Assembly: GCA_017527075.1 (NCBI GenBank)
Contig: JAFXQM010000009.1
Span: 45,419-109,418 of the forward strand
DNA from: Selenomonadaceae bacterium
GTDB lineage: Bacteria > Bacillota > Negativicutes > Selenomonadales > Selenomonadaceae
Direction of reading: 5' to 3'
DNA length: 64,000 nt
Position 1 is the first letter of the stretch, and each line of letters begins with the position of its first letter. The notes beneath the pieces were generated by a model that was given only the letters and a program-made list of their open reading frames with translations, was not told the origin of the DNA and searched no databases. A program made the position numbers and the translations under genes. Shown piece by piece: positions 53,869 through 63,242 of the stretch.

Positions 53869-55830
53869 ATGGAACAAGTCAATGAAGTTTTCGATTTCGT
53901 CAAAGCCGTTTTGAATCTGTTCAAGGCCGTGCCGAAGCTCGAAGAAAAAAATTTTTCCGAATACACTTTGGACAATGAAAAAAATCTCGCGGAAGGTTTC
54001 TTCGTCACGGAGGAGGCGTTCAAATTTTGTCCGCCCGTCGCCGACGAAAAAATCCTCAGCTTCATCAAGGAAAAGTTCGGGCAAAATATTTTTGAACTGA
54101 ATCGCGGCTTTTACAAATCATTCGCGACCGTCGCCGCCTCCTCGCAGGAAAAAATTTTGGCGAACAAACTCCTTCATTACATGTCGACCTACGGGCTGGA
54201 AAGTTTCGGGCTCTTCGACAGGGAATTGGTTTACATTCCGAACGACGCGTTGGAGCTGCCCGAAGACGCCAAGCCGATAAAAATTTTTGTCGTCAACGCG
54301 CTCGACGACGCCGAAATAAAATCGCGCGCGGTGAAGATGATTCAATCGGGCGCGGCTCTCTCCAAAGAAACGCTCGACGACCTCGCCGCCGTGATAAAAT
54401 TCCTCGGCATTGAATTGAACTTCGACGACGTGCCCAACAAAGAATTCGCGATAAGACTCTTCAAGCTGCTGAACATTTTGCCCGACGACCCCGTGCAATT
54501 TTTGCGCTTCATGATTTACGACCTCACCGGCTCGACGCTGCTGATAAAGGACAAGGACACCATTTTTCGTCTGTGTTACTCCGACTACTCCTACGTGGAC
54601 GTTGACGAAAAATTTTCCCGATACATTTCAAAGAACGGGCTCGCAAAGTTGGCGGGCGTCTTCCACCGATTCAAACCGCTGTGGCTGGCGTTCAAGCCGC
54701 ACTCGGATTACATGCGCGCGACGATAAATAAAATGCGCAAGCTCGCCGACCGCCACCACAAACCTTTGACGCCGAAACTTTTGGAGCGACTGACCTCCGC
54801 CGAAAAAATTTCTCTCGACGAACTCAAAGCCGAACTCGCAAACGTCACGGTCTTCAAAAAAGTTTCGCTCGCCAACGCGCTGCTTTATCGAAGTGCCGCG
54901 CCCGAAAGTATCGTTTACAACATTCGCAACGGCAAAGCTTTCGCGGAAGATTTTCACGGCGGCCTGAAGTTCGACGCGCAAAAAATTCTCGACGCGATTG
55001 TCGGCTCGATTGTCGAAGACCTCAGCCCGAACGTCAGCGGCAAAAAAATTTTCATCCCCGACCGATTCACTTACGCCGTGCCCGTCAGCGAGAAAAAATT
55101 TATCGGCAACATTCCTTACGGTTCGTCTTACGCGTTCGAAAAAAATTCTGTCGTCTTGGGCGTGCACTGGTTCAATCTCGTCATCGACGGCAAGGAAGAA
55201 CGCGTCGATTTGGATTTGCATTTGAACTCGGAAAAGCGCGACCTCGGCTGGCAAAATGATTTCGACGACAAAAATTTTTTCGACAGCAGGGAACGCAAGG
55301 TAATTTTCTCCGGCGACATGACCGACGCCCCGATTGCCGGCGGCGGCGCGACCGAGGCTTTCTTCGTCGGCGAAAAACTCACGGACGAGACGCTCATGCT
55401 CAACCTTAACAATTACACTTACGGTCGTTCGGACAGAGGCGTGCCGTTCAAGTTGATTCTCGCCGACGTGGCGCAGGAAAAAATCGACAGGAAATATTTG
55501 CTCGACGCGCATGAAATTGGTTTTTGCGTGCCGAGTGAAATTTCTTCGGGCGAAATGTTTTTGGGCTTCCTCCTCAGCGACGAGAGCGGCGCGAAAAAAT
55601 TTTATTTCTTCTCGCGGAGCACGGGCGAAAGAATCGTCGCGCGGAGTGACGAGCTGACCGGCAAGGTTACTTCGGCGATGCTGACGACTTTTAAATCGTG
55701 CCTGAGCTTGAACGAACTTTTGCGGGCGGCGGGCGCGGTGCTCGACGACGTGACTGCCGACGACTGCGAAATAAATCTCGACCCCGCCGAAGTCACCAAA
55801 GACACTTTGCTCGGCCTGTTCGCCAAATAA
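53869..55830 (+). CDS. large hypothetical protein (653 aa) with a TerD-like beta-sandwich segment
   Basis: ATG at 53869 follows GAGAGGAGG. The segment VLGVHWFNLVIDGKEERVDLDLHLNS...KVIFSGDMTDAPIAGGGATEAFFV...LMLNLNNYT resembles the TerD pattern (DLDxxxxx...sGDnltG.g..dE.i.v.l). I do not recognise the N-terminal ~430 aa. Confidence 0.6.
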   Translation: MEQVNEVFDFVKAVLNLFKAVPKLEEKNFSEYTLDNEKNLAEGFFVTEEAFKFCPPVADEKILSFIKEKFGQNIFELNRGFYKSFATVAASSQEKILANKLLHYMSTYGLESFGLFDRELVYIPNDALELPEDAKPIKIFVVNALDDAEIKSRAVKMIQSGAALSKETLDDLAAVIKFLGIELNFDDVPNKEFAIRLFKLLNILPDDPVQFLRFMIYDLTGSTLLIKDKDTIFRLCYSDYSYVDVDEKFSRYISKNGLAKLAGVFHRFKPLWLAFKPHSDYMRATINKMRKLADRHHKPLTPKLLERLTSAEKISLDELKAELANVTVFKKVSLANALLYRSAAPESIVYNIRNGKAFAEDFHGGLKFDAQKILDAIVGSIVEDLSPNVSGKKIFIPDRFTYAVPVSEKKFIGNIPYGSSYAFEKNSVVLGVHWFNLVIDGKEERVDLDLHLNSEKRDLGWQNDFDDKNFFDSRERKVIFSGDMTDAPIAGGGATEAFFVGEKLTDETLMLNLNNYTYGRSDRGVPFKLILADVAQEKIDRKYLLDAHEIGFCVPSEISSGEMFLGFLLSDESGAKKFYFFSRSTGERIVARSDELTGKVTSAMLTTFKSCLSLNELLRAAGAVLDDVTADDCEINLDPAEVTKDTLLGLFAK

Positions 55831-55845
55831 ATTTTTCAATTCTTT

Positions 55846-56090
55846 GAGGCCGTCCCGGATGGACGGCCGCGCTGCACACGCCGCAGGACAGCGGCGTCCA
55901 GCGCACTCTGAGCTGCGGGTAACCTCAACCTCCGAATCGTTTATAACCAACGCCCCCGCGAGGCTCCCTTTTCTTTTGCTTCTTTTCTTTTGGGTGAGCA
56001 AAAGAAAAGAAGATTCAATGACTCAAAAAATTTTTTCAGCCAAATGAACGCGACGACGGGTTCTGCGTTTCCACTCTTGAAAAAGAGGGG
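55846..56090 (-). repeat. structured interspersed element, copy D (reverse orientation)
   Basis: The first ~70 nt are nearly identical to the reverse complement of copy B (GAGGCCGTCCCGGATGGACGGCCGCGCTGCACACGCCGCAGGACAGCGGCGTCCAGCGCAC). It ends with CCACTCTTGAAAAAGAGGGG, as copy A does. Confidence 0.8.
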
Positions 56091-56168
56091 ACGAATCGCG
56101 CATTGATATTTGTCGGGCTTGAAGTTATAATTTGCCCGTCAAATTTTTTTTGCAAAGGAGAGGGCAAA

Positions 56169-56831
56169 ATGAATCGTCCGTGCGTTGCATTCAAGTTGAA
56201 TTATTGTGACGGCGGCGCGAGTGCTCAGCGCGTCGGCTTTGACGGCATTTGCAGCGCGAAAAATATTTTTTACAACGTGCGCGAGGCGCGGCGACCGTGG
56301 TGCTCAAGTGACCGCTGTCCCTGCGAAAAATTTTTGGACGGAAGAAATTTTCAGCGCGGCGAATTCATCTGTTACGAGAGCACGTTGCTCAGAGATTGGC
56401 GCGTTGAAGTCGGAGAAAATTTTGACGGCACGCGACGGAAAATTTGTGGCGGCGAAGAAAATCATCTTTGCGTGCTGACGACGCGGGAGCCGCACGCCTC
56501 CGAGGCCGAACGATTTGCCTTCGCGCTGTTCCTCATAAAAAAAATTTTCACGGGCGACGACGACCGCACGGGTTGCGTTGAGTCCGACGAAAATTTTCGG
56601 CTGGAGTTTCGTCCTCACGAGGCCGCTCGGATGAAATTTTGGGACGTCTATCAAAATCCGAACGCGCCGCAGAAAAAATTTTGGGGCACGGGTCTGTTCA
56701 GATATTTCGACGACGCGACGGCGATTAAATTTTTGGAGCGGGCAGTCGAAGTCAAACGCGGCGCGCCCGAAGAAAATTTCGCGAAAGATTTTTTGATTCA
56801 CTATAAAAATTCAAAGGAGAGAGCTTTATGA
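56169..56831 (+). CDS. hypothetical Cys-rich protein (220 aa), translationally coupled to korD
   Basis: AAAGGAGAGGG RBS. MNRPCVAFKLNYCDGGASAQRVGFDGICS...PWCSSDRCPCEKF. The stop overlaps the korD start (ATGA). I recognise no family. Confidence 0.55.
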   Translation: MNRPCVAFKLNYCDGGASAQRVGFDGICSAKNIFYNVREARRPWCSSDRCPCEKFLDGRNFQRGEFICYESTLLRDWRVEVGENFDGTRRKICGGEENHLCVLTTREPHASEAERFAFALFLIKKIFTGDDDRTGCVESDENFRLEFRPHEAARMKFWDVYQNPNAPQKKFWGTGLFRYFDDATAIKFLERAVEVKRGAPEENFAKDFLIHYKNSKERAL

Positions 56832-57037
56832 AGTCTGAGTTTACGCTCAAGCTTGAGCGGTGCAAGGGCTGCGGGATTTGCGTGTCGTTCTGCCCGAAAA
56901 AAGTTTTGGCGTTGGACACGCTCGGCAAAGTTTACGTGGCACATCACGAGAATTGCATTGCTTGCGGGCAGTGTGAGCTGCGCTGCCCCGACTACGCAAT
57001 CTTCATGGACAAAGTAAAGAAGGAGGCGGCGAAATGA
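56828..57037 (+). CDS. korD: 2-oxoacid:ferredoxin oxidoreductase delta subunit (2x[4Fe-4S] ferredoxin)
   Basis: CKGCGICVSFCP ... CIACGQCELRCP. Confidence 0.8.
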   Translation: MKSEFTLKLERCKGCGICVSFCPKKVLALDTLGKVYVAHHENCIACGQCELRCPDYAIFMDKVKKEAAK

Positions 57038-58176
57038 GCGCGAGATTGATGCAGGGCAACGAGGCAATCGCTGAGGGCGCGCTCGCGGCGGGCGTCAGAT
57101 TTTTTGGCGGCTACCCCATCACGCCGTCGACGGAAATCGCTGAGAGCTTGGCGAAACTTTTGCCCAAGGTCGGCGGAACTTTTGTTCAGATGGAAGATGA
57201 AATCGCAAGCATGGGCGTGGTGCTCGGCGCGTCGTTGGCAGGCAGAAAAGTTTTAACTGCGTCGTCGGGTCCGGGCATAAGCTTGAAGCAAGAGTTAATC
57301 GGTTACGCGTCGGCGGCGGAAATTCCCGCGGTCATCGTCAACGTTCAGCGCGTCGGTCCTTCGACGGGTCAGCCCACCGCTCCGAGCCAAGGCGACGTCA
57401 TGCAGGCGCGCTGGGGCACGCACGGCGACCACTCGATTATCGTCTTGAGCCCGTGGAGTGTTCGCGAGGCATTCGACATTGCCGTTAAGTCCGTGAACTA
57501 CGCCGAACGCTTCCGCACGCCCGTGATTCTGCTGACGGATGAAATCGTCGGGCACCTGAGAGAAAATGTTGAGTTGCCCGCGCAGGTCGAAGTTTATCCG
57601 CGCCGCGCCCCGAAAATTTCTCGCGCCGAGGGTTACGAGCCTTACGCGCCCGACGAAGATTTGGTTCCGAACGTCGCGAACTTCGGCGAGGGCTATCACA
57701 TTCACGTCACGGGTTTGATTCACGACGACACAGGTTTTCCGAGCGGCAGCCCGTCCGTCACGCGCGCGGCGATTAAACGCATGCACGAAAAAATTTCTCG
57801 CGCGGCCGACGAGATTATCGAAGTTCATCAGGAGTTCATGGACGACGCGGAGTTTGCGGTCGTGAGTTTCGGCGGGACAGCGCGCACGGCTTACGAGGCA
57901 GTCTTGAACGCACGCAAGCGCGGGCACAAGGTCGGCTTCGTCCGTCTGGTTACAATCTTCCCGTTCGCGGAAAAAATTATCCGTGAGCTGTCGAAAAATC
58001 TGCGCGGGCTGGTCGTCGCCGAATTGAACTTCGGGCAGCTGGTCAACGAGGTCGAACGCGCCGTCGCCGGTCAATGCCCCGTCAAACTTTGCGCGAAGTA
58101 TGACATGACGATTTTTGAGCCGGAAGAGATTGAAGCGTCGATTGATGAACTCATCGCGGAGGTGAACGGGCAATGA
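57034..58176 (+). CDS. korA: 2-oxoacid:ferredoxin oxidoreductase alpha subunit
   Basis: MQGNEAIAEGALAAGVRFFGGYPITPSTEI...QMEDEIASM. Confidence 0.9.
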   Translation: MSARLMQGNEAIAEGALAAGVRFFGGYPITPSTEIAESLAKLLPKVGGTFVQMEDEIASMGVVLGASLAGRKVLTASSGPGISLKQELIGYASAAEIPAVIVNVQRVGPSTGQPTAPSQGDVMQARWGTHGDHSIIVLSPWSVREAFDIAVKSVNYAERFRTPVILLTDEIVGHLRENVELPAQVEVYPRRAPKISRAEGYEPYAPDEDLVPNVANFGEGYHIHVTGLIHDDTGFPSGSPSVTRAAIKRMHEKISRAADEIIEVHQEFMDDAEFAVVSFGGTARTAYEAVLNARKRGHKVGFVRLVTIFPFAEKIIRELSKNLRGLVVAELNFGQLVNEVERAVAGQCPVKLCAKYDMTIFEPEEIEASIDELIAEVNGQ

Positions 58177-58994
58177 TTGAGCGCAGTTACGAAAAATTTT
58201 TCAGGAAGAATCGCCTGCCGCACTTGTGGTGCCCGGGCTGCGGCAACGGAATCGTCATGAAGGCAATCGTTCAGGCGATAGAAAAAAATCCCGCGTTCAC
58301 GCAGGACAACACGGTTATCGTCAGCGGCATCGGCTGCTCGTCGCGCGCGTCGGGTTACATGGACTTCGACACGCTGCACACCGCCCACGGCAGAGCAATT
58401 CCGTTTGCCACGGGCGTGAAGCTGGCGCGCCCCGAACTCAACGTCATCGTCATCACGGGCGACGGAGACTGCACGGCGATTGGCGGCAATCATTTCATTC
58501 ACGGCTGCCGACGCAACGTCGACTTGACCGTCGTCCTCTTCAACAACAACATTTACGGCATGACGGGCGGGCAGGCCTCGCCCATGACACCGCTGGGCAA
58601 GAAGGCGACCACCGCTCCTTACGGCTCCGTCGACAGACCCTTCGACGCGTGCAAGCTGGCTGAGGCGGCAGGTGCCACTTACGTCGCGCGCTCCACGGCT
58701 TATCACGTTCAGCATCTTGTTAAGACGATTGAGGATGGCTTGAGCAACAAAGGCTTTTCGTTTATCGAAGCTCTCGTTCAATGCCCGACGGCTTACGGCA
58801 GAAGAAACAAAATGGGCGACCCCGCCAAGATGATGGCTTGGATGAGGGATAACGCCGTCATGAAAAACGCGTGGGACAAATTGCCCGACGAGAAAAAAGT
58901 TGGCGAAAAATTTCCGATTGGTCTTTTCTACCGGGCGGAGGCCGTCGACTACGACACGGCTTATCAAAAAGTTATCGACGCGGCGGGAGGCTGA
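58173..58994 (+). CDS. korB: 2-oxoacid:ferredoxin oxidoreductase beta subunit (TPP-binding)
   Basis: WCPGCGNG, SGIGCSSR, ITGDGDCTAIGGNHFIH, NNNIYGMTGGQ. Confidence 0.9.
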   Translation: MIERSYEKFFRKNRLPHLWCPGCGNGIVMKAIVQAIEKNPAFTQDNTVIVSGIGCSSRASGYMDFDTLHTAHGRAIPFATGVKLARPELNVIVITGDGDCTAIGGNHFIHGCRRNVDLTVVLFNNNIYGMTGGQASPMTPLGKKATTAPYGSVDRPFDACKLAEAAGATYVARSTAYHVQHLVKTIEDGLSNKGFSFIEALVQCPTAYGRRNKMGDPAKMMAWMRDNAVMKNAWDKLPDEKKVGEKFPIGLFYRAEAVDYDTAYQKVIDAAGG

Positions 58995-58999
58995 TGACT

Positions 59000-59213
59000 T
59001 GGGCGTCGCGTTGACCGAGGCTCGCAATTTTCTTTTGAGTTTTGCTTTACTTTCTCTTTGCTCGCACAAAGAGAAAGTAACAAAGAGAAAGTGCGCCTCG
59101 CGGGGGCGTCGGGCGTCAGTGATTTGGAGTAACGCGCAACCCGTGCTCGGTGTTGCCCGCTGAGAAAGCGTCCGGCTTTCTGCGCGGGCGAGGCCGTCGT
59201 CCATGACGGCCTC
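59000..59213 (+). repeat. structured interspersed element, copy E (5'-truncated), inserted between korB and korG
   Basis: ACTTTCTCTTTG/CAAAGAGAAAGT, GCGCCTCGCGGGGGCG, GTGATTTGGAGT, CGCGCAACCCGTG, GCCCGC..AGAAAGC/GCTTTCT..GCGGGC and GGCCGTC/GACGGCC. Confidence 0.8.
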
Positions 59214-59274
59214 AAGTGTTCGCGGCGTGGCGACCGTGTTCAAATGAATTTAAATTTCTTGAGAGGTTTTTGAT

Positions 59275-59796
59275 ATGAGGAAACAATTAAGATTGTCGGG
59301 CAGCGGCGGCCAGGGCGTCATCACGGCGGCGATTATCTTGGCGGAGGCGGCGGTGTCCGAAGGCAAGCAGGCGGTTCAATCTCAAAGTTACGGACCCGAA
59401 GCGCGCGGCGGTGCCTCCAAGTCCGAAGTCATCATCGACGACGAAAAAATTTATCACCCGCACGTCAAGACGCCCGACTTTGTGCTGGCCATGACCCAGA
59501 AGGCCGCCGATAAATATTTCCACGACCTGAATCCCGAAGGCACTTTGATTTTGGATGACGACCTTGTTCCGAACTCGCCCGACTTCAAAAATATTATCCG
59601 CGTGCCGATAACCAAACTCGCCGTCGAAAAACTCGGCAAGGCTCTGTTCGCAAACATCGTCGCGCTCGGAGTCCTCGTCAAAGTTACAAAGCTCGTCGAC
59701 TTCGAGACAATAAAAAAATCTGTCGCGACACGCGTGCCGCCGCACACCGTCGAACAGAACATGACCGCCTTGCAGTTGGGCTTTGATGCCGTATGA
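59275..59796 (+). CDS. korG: 2-oxoacid:ferredoxin oxidoreductase gamma subunit
   Basis: LRLSGSGGQGVITAAIILAEAA...QSYGPEARGGASKSEVII. Confidence 0.85.
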   Translation: MRKQLRLSGSGGQGVITAAIILAEAAVSEGKQAVQSQSYGPEARGGASKSEVIIDDEKIYHPHVKTPDFVLAMTQKAADKYFHDLNPEGTLILDDDLVPNSPDFKNIIRVPITKLAVEKLGKALFANIVALGVLVKVTKLVDFETIKKSVATRVPPHTVEQNMTALQLGFDAV

Positions 59797-60620
59797 ACAA
59801 GCAAGAACTTTTGGAAATGGGACGCGAGCTCAGCAGCGTCGGCAATTACAAAGAGGCAATAAAATTTTTCACGCAGGCTCTCGCGCTTGACCCGAAATAT
59901 GTCGAGGCGTACAACTCGCGCGGCATCGCTTACTCCTACCTCAACGATTACGAGCAGGCAATTTACAATTTCGGGCGGGCGATTGACTTTTCGCCGACCG
60001 ACGACCACGAACTTTACAACAACCGCGGGCTGTGCTTCCATGCAATAAAAAATTATGACAAGGCGTCCGACGATTTCACCTGCGCGATTGAACTCAAGCC
60101 GACGAGCGAAGAATATTACATCAACCGCGGGCTGACTTCTCTTGAACAGGAAGATTACAGGCAGGCAATGTACGATTTCAACAAGGCCGTGAAGCTCAAA
60201 CCGGATTACGCCATGCCCCATTATTATCGCGGCGACCTTTACATGACGTTGAAAGATTATGAATCGGCGATTGAAGATTTTGACGCGGCGATTGCCACGA
60301 ACAAAAATTTTTTCGAGGCACGGCGGCTGCGCGGCTTGGCGTTGTACTTCCTGCGCAGATACAAATCGGCGATTAAAGATTTCAATGCAATTCTCAAAGT
60401 AAACGTGAACGACGACACGGTATATTTTTATCGCGGGGTGTCGCATTATCGGCTGGAAAATTTTAAGCGGGCGACCGAGGATTTGACCAAAGCCGCCCGC
60501 ACACATTCGGACTTCGTGGAAGTTTTCAAGTATCGCGGCATGGCTTACGAATTTCTCGGCGAGGAGGAGAAGGCGACCGCCGATTTCCTCACCGCGACCA
60601 AGCTCGACGAAAACTCGTGA
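59793..60620 (+). CDS. tetratricopeptide-repeat protein
   Basis: There are about seven 34-aa TPR units (Y..A...F..AI.L.P....AY..RG). The start overlaps the korG stop. Confidence 0.8.
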   Translation: MNKQELLEMGRELSSVGNYKEAIKFFTQALALDPKYVEAYNSRGIAYSYLNDYEQAIYNFGRAIDFSPTDDHELYNNRGLCFHAIKNYDKASDDFTCAIELKPTSEEYYINRGLTSLEQEDYRQAMYDFNKAVKLKPDYAMPHYYRGDLYMTLKDYESAIEDFDAAIATNKNFFEARRLRGLALYFLRRYKSAIKDFNAILKVNVNDDTVYFYRGVSHYRLENFKRATEDLTKAARTHSDFVEVFKYRGMAYEFLGEEEKATADFLTATKLDENS

Positions 60621-60635
60621 CGAAAAATTTTTCCG

Positions 60636-62519
60636 TCAGATTATATTTTTCTCGTAAGAATCGTAAAGGGCTTTGAGCTCCTCAATCTTGTTGTAAATCT
60701 CAACTTGAAGAGCCGAAGCCTTTTCGTATTCTCCGGCGTTCAGCGCGTTTATCAGCCGCGTGAACAAAGATTTCTCATCGATTGAATCTTTGGCGAGAGC
60801 CGCGCGCAACAAAAAAATTTTATTCCAGTTGTAGGCGTCGAGGTCAGTGACGAACTCGGCGTCGATTTTTTTTGTCTTGCGAACAATCGCGCGCAGCTCG
60901 GGCAGAATCCGCGAAATTAATTCTGTCTTCCAGCGCAGGAGAGCTCCGTCGCGGAAAGCGTTGATGATTCGCTCGGAAAGTGCACCGCCGCTCGAAATGA
61001 TTTTGACTTTGTCGGGGAATTTTTTCAGAGCCTCCATATTTTCCCAGACGGTCGCGGGCGGCTTGCCGAAAAGTTTGTCGCGCTCGTCCTGCGTGAAGTC
61101 CTCGAACACGTCCTGCTCGCTGCGATACGCGCGATTTTTTTCCAAGTAAAATCCGTCCGCGCCCGCCGCCTTTGAAAGCTCCGCCAAAAGTTCGGGCGTC
61201 TTGTGAGTTATCGTCGCCTTCACGCCGTCGAGTATCGCCGAGTAACACGCCGCCAGCACCAAATAAATATTCGTGTAAGGATTGCAACTGCGCAGCTCGA
61301 AGCGAGTCGCCATAGGATTTTTTAAATCGCGAATCAGGCTTACGAGAATCGTTCGGTTGCGTGCGGGAATTTTCGGCGTGTGTCCGAGTGACGTGACGAT
61401 ACACACTGGCGCCTCGAAGCCGGGCTTTAATCTGTTCAGCGAATCGTTCGTCGCACTCACGAACGGATTGATGACTTCGTAATTTTTCAGCAGACCCATC
61501 AACGCCCCGTAACCGACCGCACTCATGTACTCTTCCGTCGGATTTTTCGCGGCGAAGAGGTTGTGAACTTTTCCGTCCGCCGTGACAGCCGCCAGCCCGA
61601 TATGCGTGTGCTCGCCGTTGCCCGCCAAGCCAATCATCGGTTTTGCTTTGAAGGTGACCTCCAAACCGTTCGCGCGGAAAATTTCTTTGACGACCGTCCG
61701 CACGACGATTTCATTGTCCGCCGCCTGCACCGCGTCCGCGAATCGCCAATCAATCTCCAGCTGCTCGCACACGTGCGTTAAGTGCCCCGACTCGTCAATC
61801 TGCGCTTTGAGCCCGCCGACTTCCTTGTGACCCATCTCCACCTGCAGGCCGTACTTGTCCAGCTCGATTATCGATTGCTCCAGCGCGCAACGAACTGCGC
61901 CGTGCGTCCGCTCCCAATACTGCTCCTGCATTATCTGCGACGCGCTCATCTCTTCGACCGACGCTTCCTCCAGCGGCGTCTTGACCCAAAACTCCAGCTC
62001 CGTCGCCGACGTGAAAACCAAATCGATTATCTCTTTGCCGCTCACGTCCAGCCCGTCGATATTTGGATGCGCGTGAAAAAGATTGACGAGTTCGCGCTTG
62101 ACGTTAATCAGCGTGTCGGTCAGCACGGCGCGGCTGTCGACGCGTTTGCCCTCGTGAATCAGGAAGCCGGGGATTCGCAGCGTGCCGACGGGGCGATTGG
62201 TCACGTTGTCATAATGTTCAAAGTTGTAATCGACGAACCAATTAACCGACGGGTCAACGGGCATGTCGACCTTTGCGTTGTTGAGCGTGGCGATGCCCGG
62301 CAACACGACGCTTGAGCCGTCCGTCTGCACGGCAGTGCCCGCAAAAAATTCGTCGATGTCCTTGAGGAAAATCCTCACGGGAATTTTTTCGTCGGTGTCG
62401 TTGCCCGCCAAGTCAATGCCGACCAGCGACACGAATTTTATTTCGGGGTGCTCGCGCAGTTGCCGAATGATTTCTTCCTTGGGTGTGTTCGCTTTGATTG
62501 TGTAAAGTAAGTCTGCCAT
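60636..62519 (-). CDS. glnA: glutamine synthetase, large (type III-like) form
   Basis: 627 aa: N-terminal FVSLVGIDLAGNDTDEKIP, catalytic-domain motifs (EMGHKEVGG, GLAGNGEHTHIG) and a long C-terminal extension. ATG at 62519 follows GGAGGTG. Confidence 0.8.
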   Translation of the reverse strand: MADLLYTIKANTPKEEIIRQLREHPEIKFVSLVGIDLAGNDTDEKIPVRIFLKDIDEFFAGTAVQTDGSSVVLPGIATLNNAKVDMPVDPSVNWFVDYNFEHYDNVTNRPVGTLRIPGFLIHEGKRVDSRAVLTDTLINVKRELVNLFHAHPNIDGLDVSGKEIIDLVFTSATELEFWVKTPLEEASVEEMSASQIMQEQYWERTHGAVRCALEQSIIELDKYGLQVEMGHKEVGGLKAQIDESGHLTHVCEQLEIDWRFADAVQAADNEIVVRTVVKEIFRANGLEVTFKAKPMIGLAGNGEHTHIGLAAVTADGKVHNLFAAKNPTEEYMSAVGYGALMGLLKNYEVINPFVSATNDSLNRLKPGFEAPVCIVTSLGHTPKIPARNRTILVSLIRDLKNPMATRFELRSCNPYTNIYLVLAACYSAILDGVKATITHKTPELLAELSKAAGADGFYLEKNRAYRSEQDVFEDFTQDERDKLFGKPPATVWENMEALKKFPDKVKIISSGGALSERIINAFRDGALLRWKTELISRILPELRAIVRKTKKIDAEFVTDLDAYNWNKIFLLRAALAKDSIDEKSLFTRLINALNAGEYEKASALQVEIYNKIEELKALYDSYEKNII

Positions 62520-63167
62520 AATTTCCACCTCCGTGAGTCTCGGCACACTTTATCACAAAAAAATTTTTGCGTCGATAGCGGCGCGGCAAGTACACAATAT
62601 AATTATGCATTGAAAAAGATACTGATTTATCTGAAACAAGGCTTGAGCCTTTGCCAAATCGCCAAAAGCCTGAACTTTTTGCGCTCGTGATATCAGCGCG
62701 CCCACAGATGAACAAGTCAAAAAATGGAAGAGGCGATGACTTGAAAAAGAGGGGACGCCACGCAACGAAAAAGACGGAAGCTCGCGCCTCCGTCTTGATT
62801 GCATTTTGAATTTGAACGTTGTTTCTTCATATCTCACCTCCCCTTCGCGACGTTTGGTGGACATCGCAGATTATTTGCCGCCGAGCAAACTGCGGGGACA
62901 GCACCTCGGCACTGTGGCGTTTATGTTTTACTTGGGATTAACGGGAATTATATTTCAAGATGATTAGAGGATTGTTAGAACAAGATTATTTGTCTGCCGA
63001 AAAATTCTCGTTCCTCCCGTTGCCTAACTGTAGCAGAAAACGTTGTCCTTTGCAAGACGCAAGGAAAAAATTTTTCACGGCGAAAAAAATTCTGAGCGGG
63101 TGAAGGCACGGGCGTCGGCTGAAAAATTCTGAGCAGCAAAAAATATTGTATTCAACCAAACGCGGGC

Positions 63168-63196
63168 TTGAAATTATTTGACGCGGCTAATATAAT
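63168..63196 (+). promoter_or_regulatory. near-consensus sigma-70 promoter for the malic enzyme gene
   Basis: TTGAAA (63168-63173), an exact 17-nt spacer, then TATAAT (63191-63196). Confidence 0.55.
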
Positions 63197-63242
63197 TGGC
63201 GGCGGTTGAAAAGGTAAGACAGTTTGAAAGGATGAATTTGAA

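Noticed and set aside
55825-55850. The idea that the stop region of the 53869..55830 gene (..TTCGCCAAATAA) is another copy of the element box (..TCAGCCAAATGA).
   Set aside because: The order of the A/T palindrome and the GCCAAAT segment is reversed relative to the box, so the resemblance is probably coincidental.
62553-62864. ORF 62553..62864(-), 103 aa, upstream of glnA.
   Set aside because: It has no RBS at its ATG, its composition is implausible, and it spans a strong terminator hairpin. Only the internal RBS-preceded mini-ORF is discussed, as a finding.
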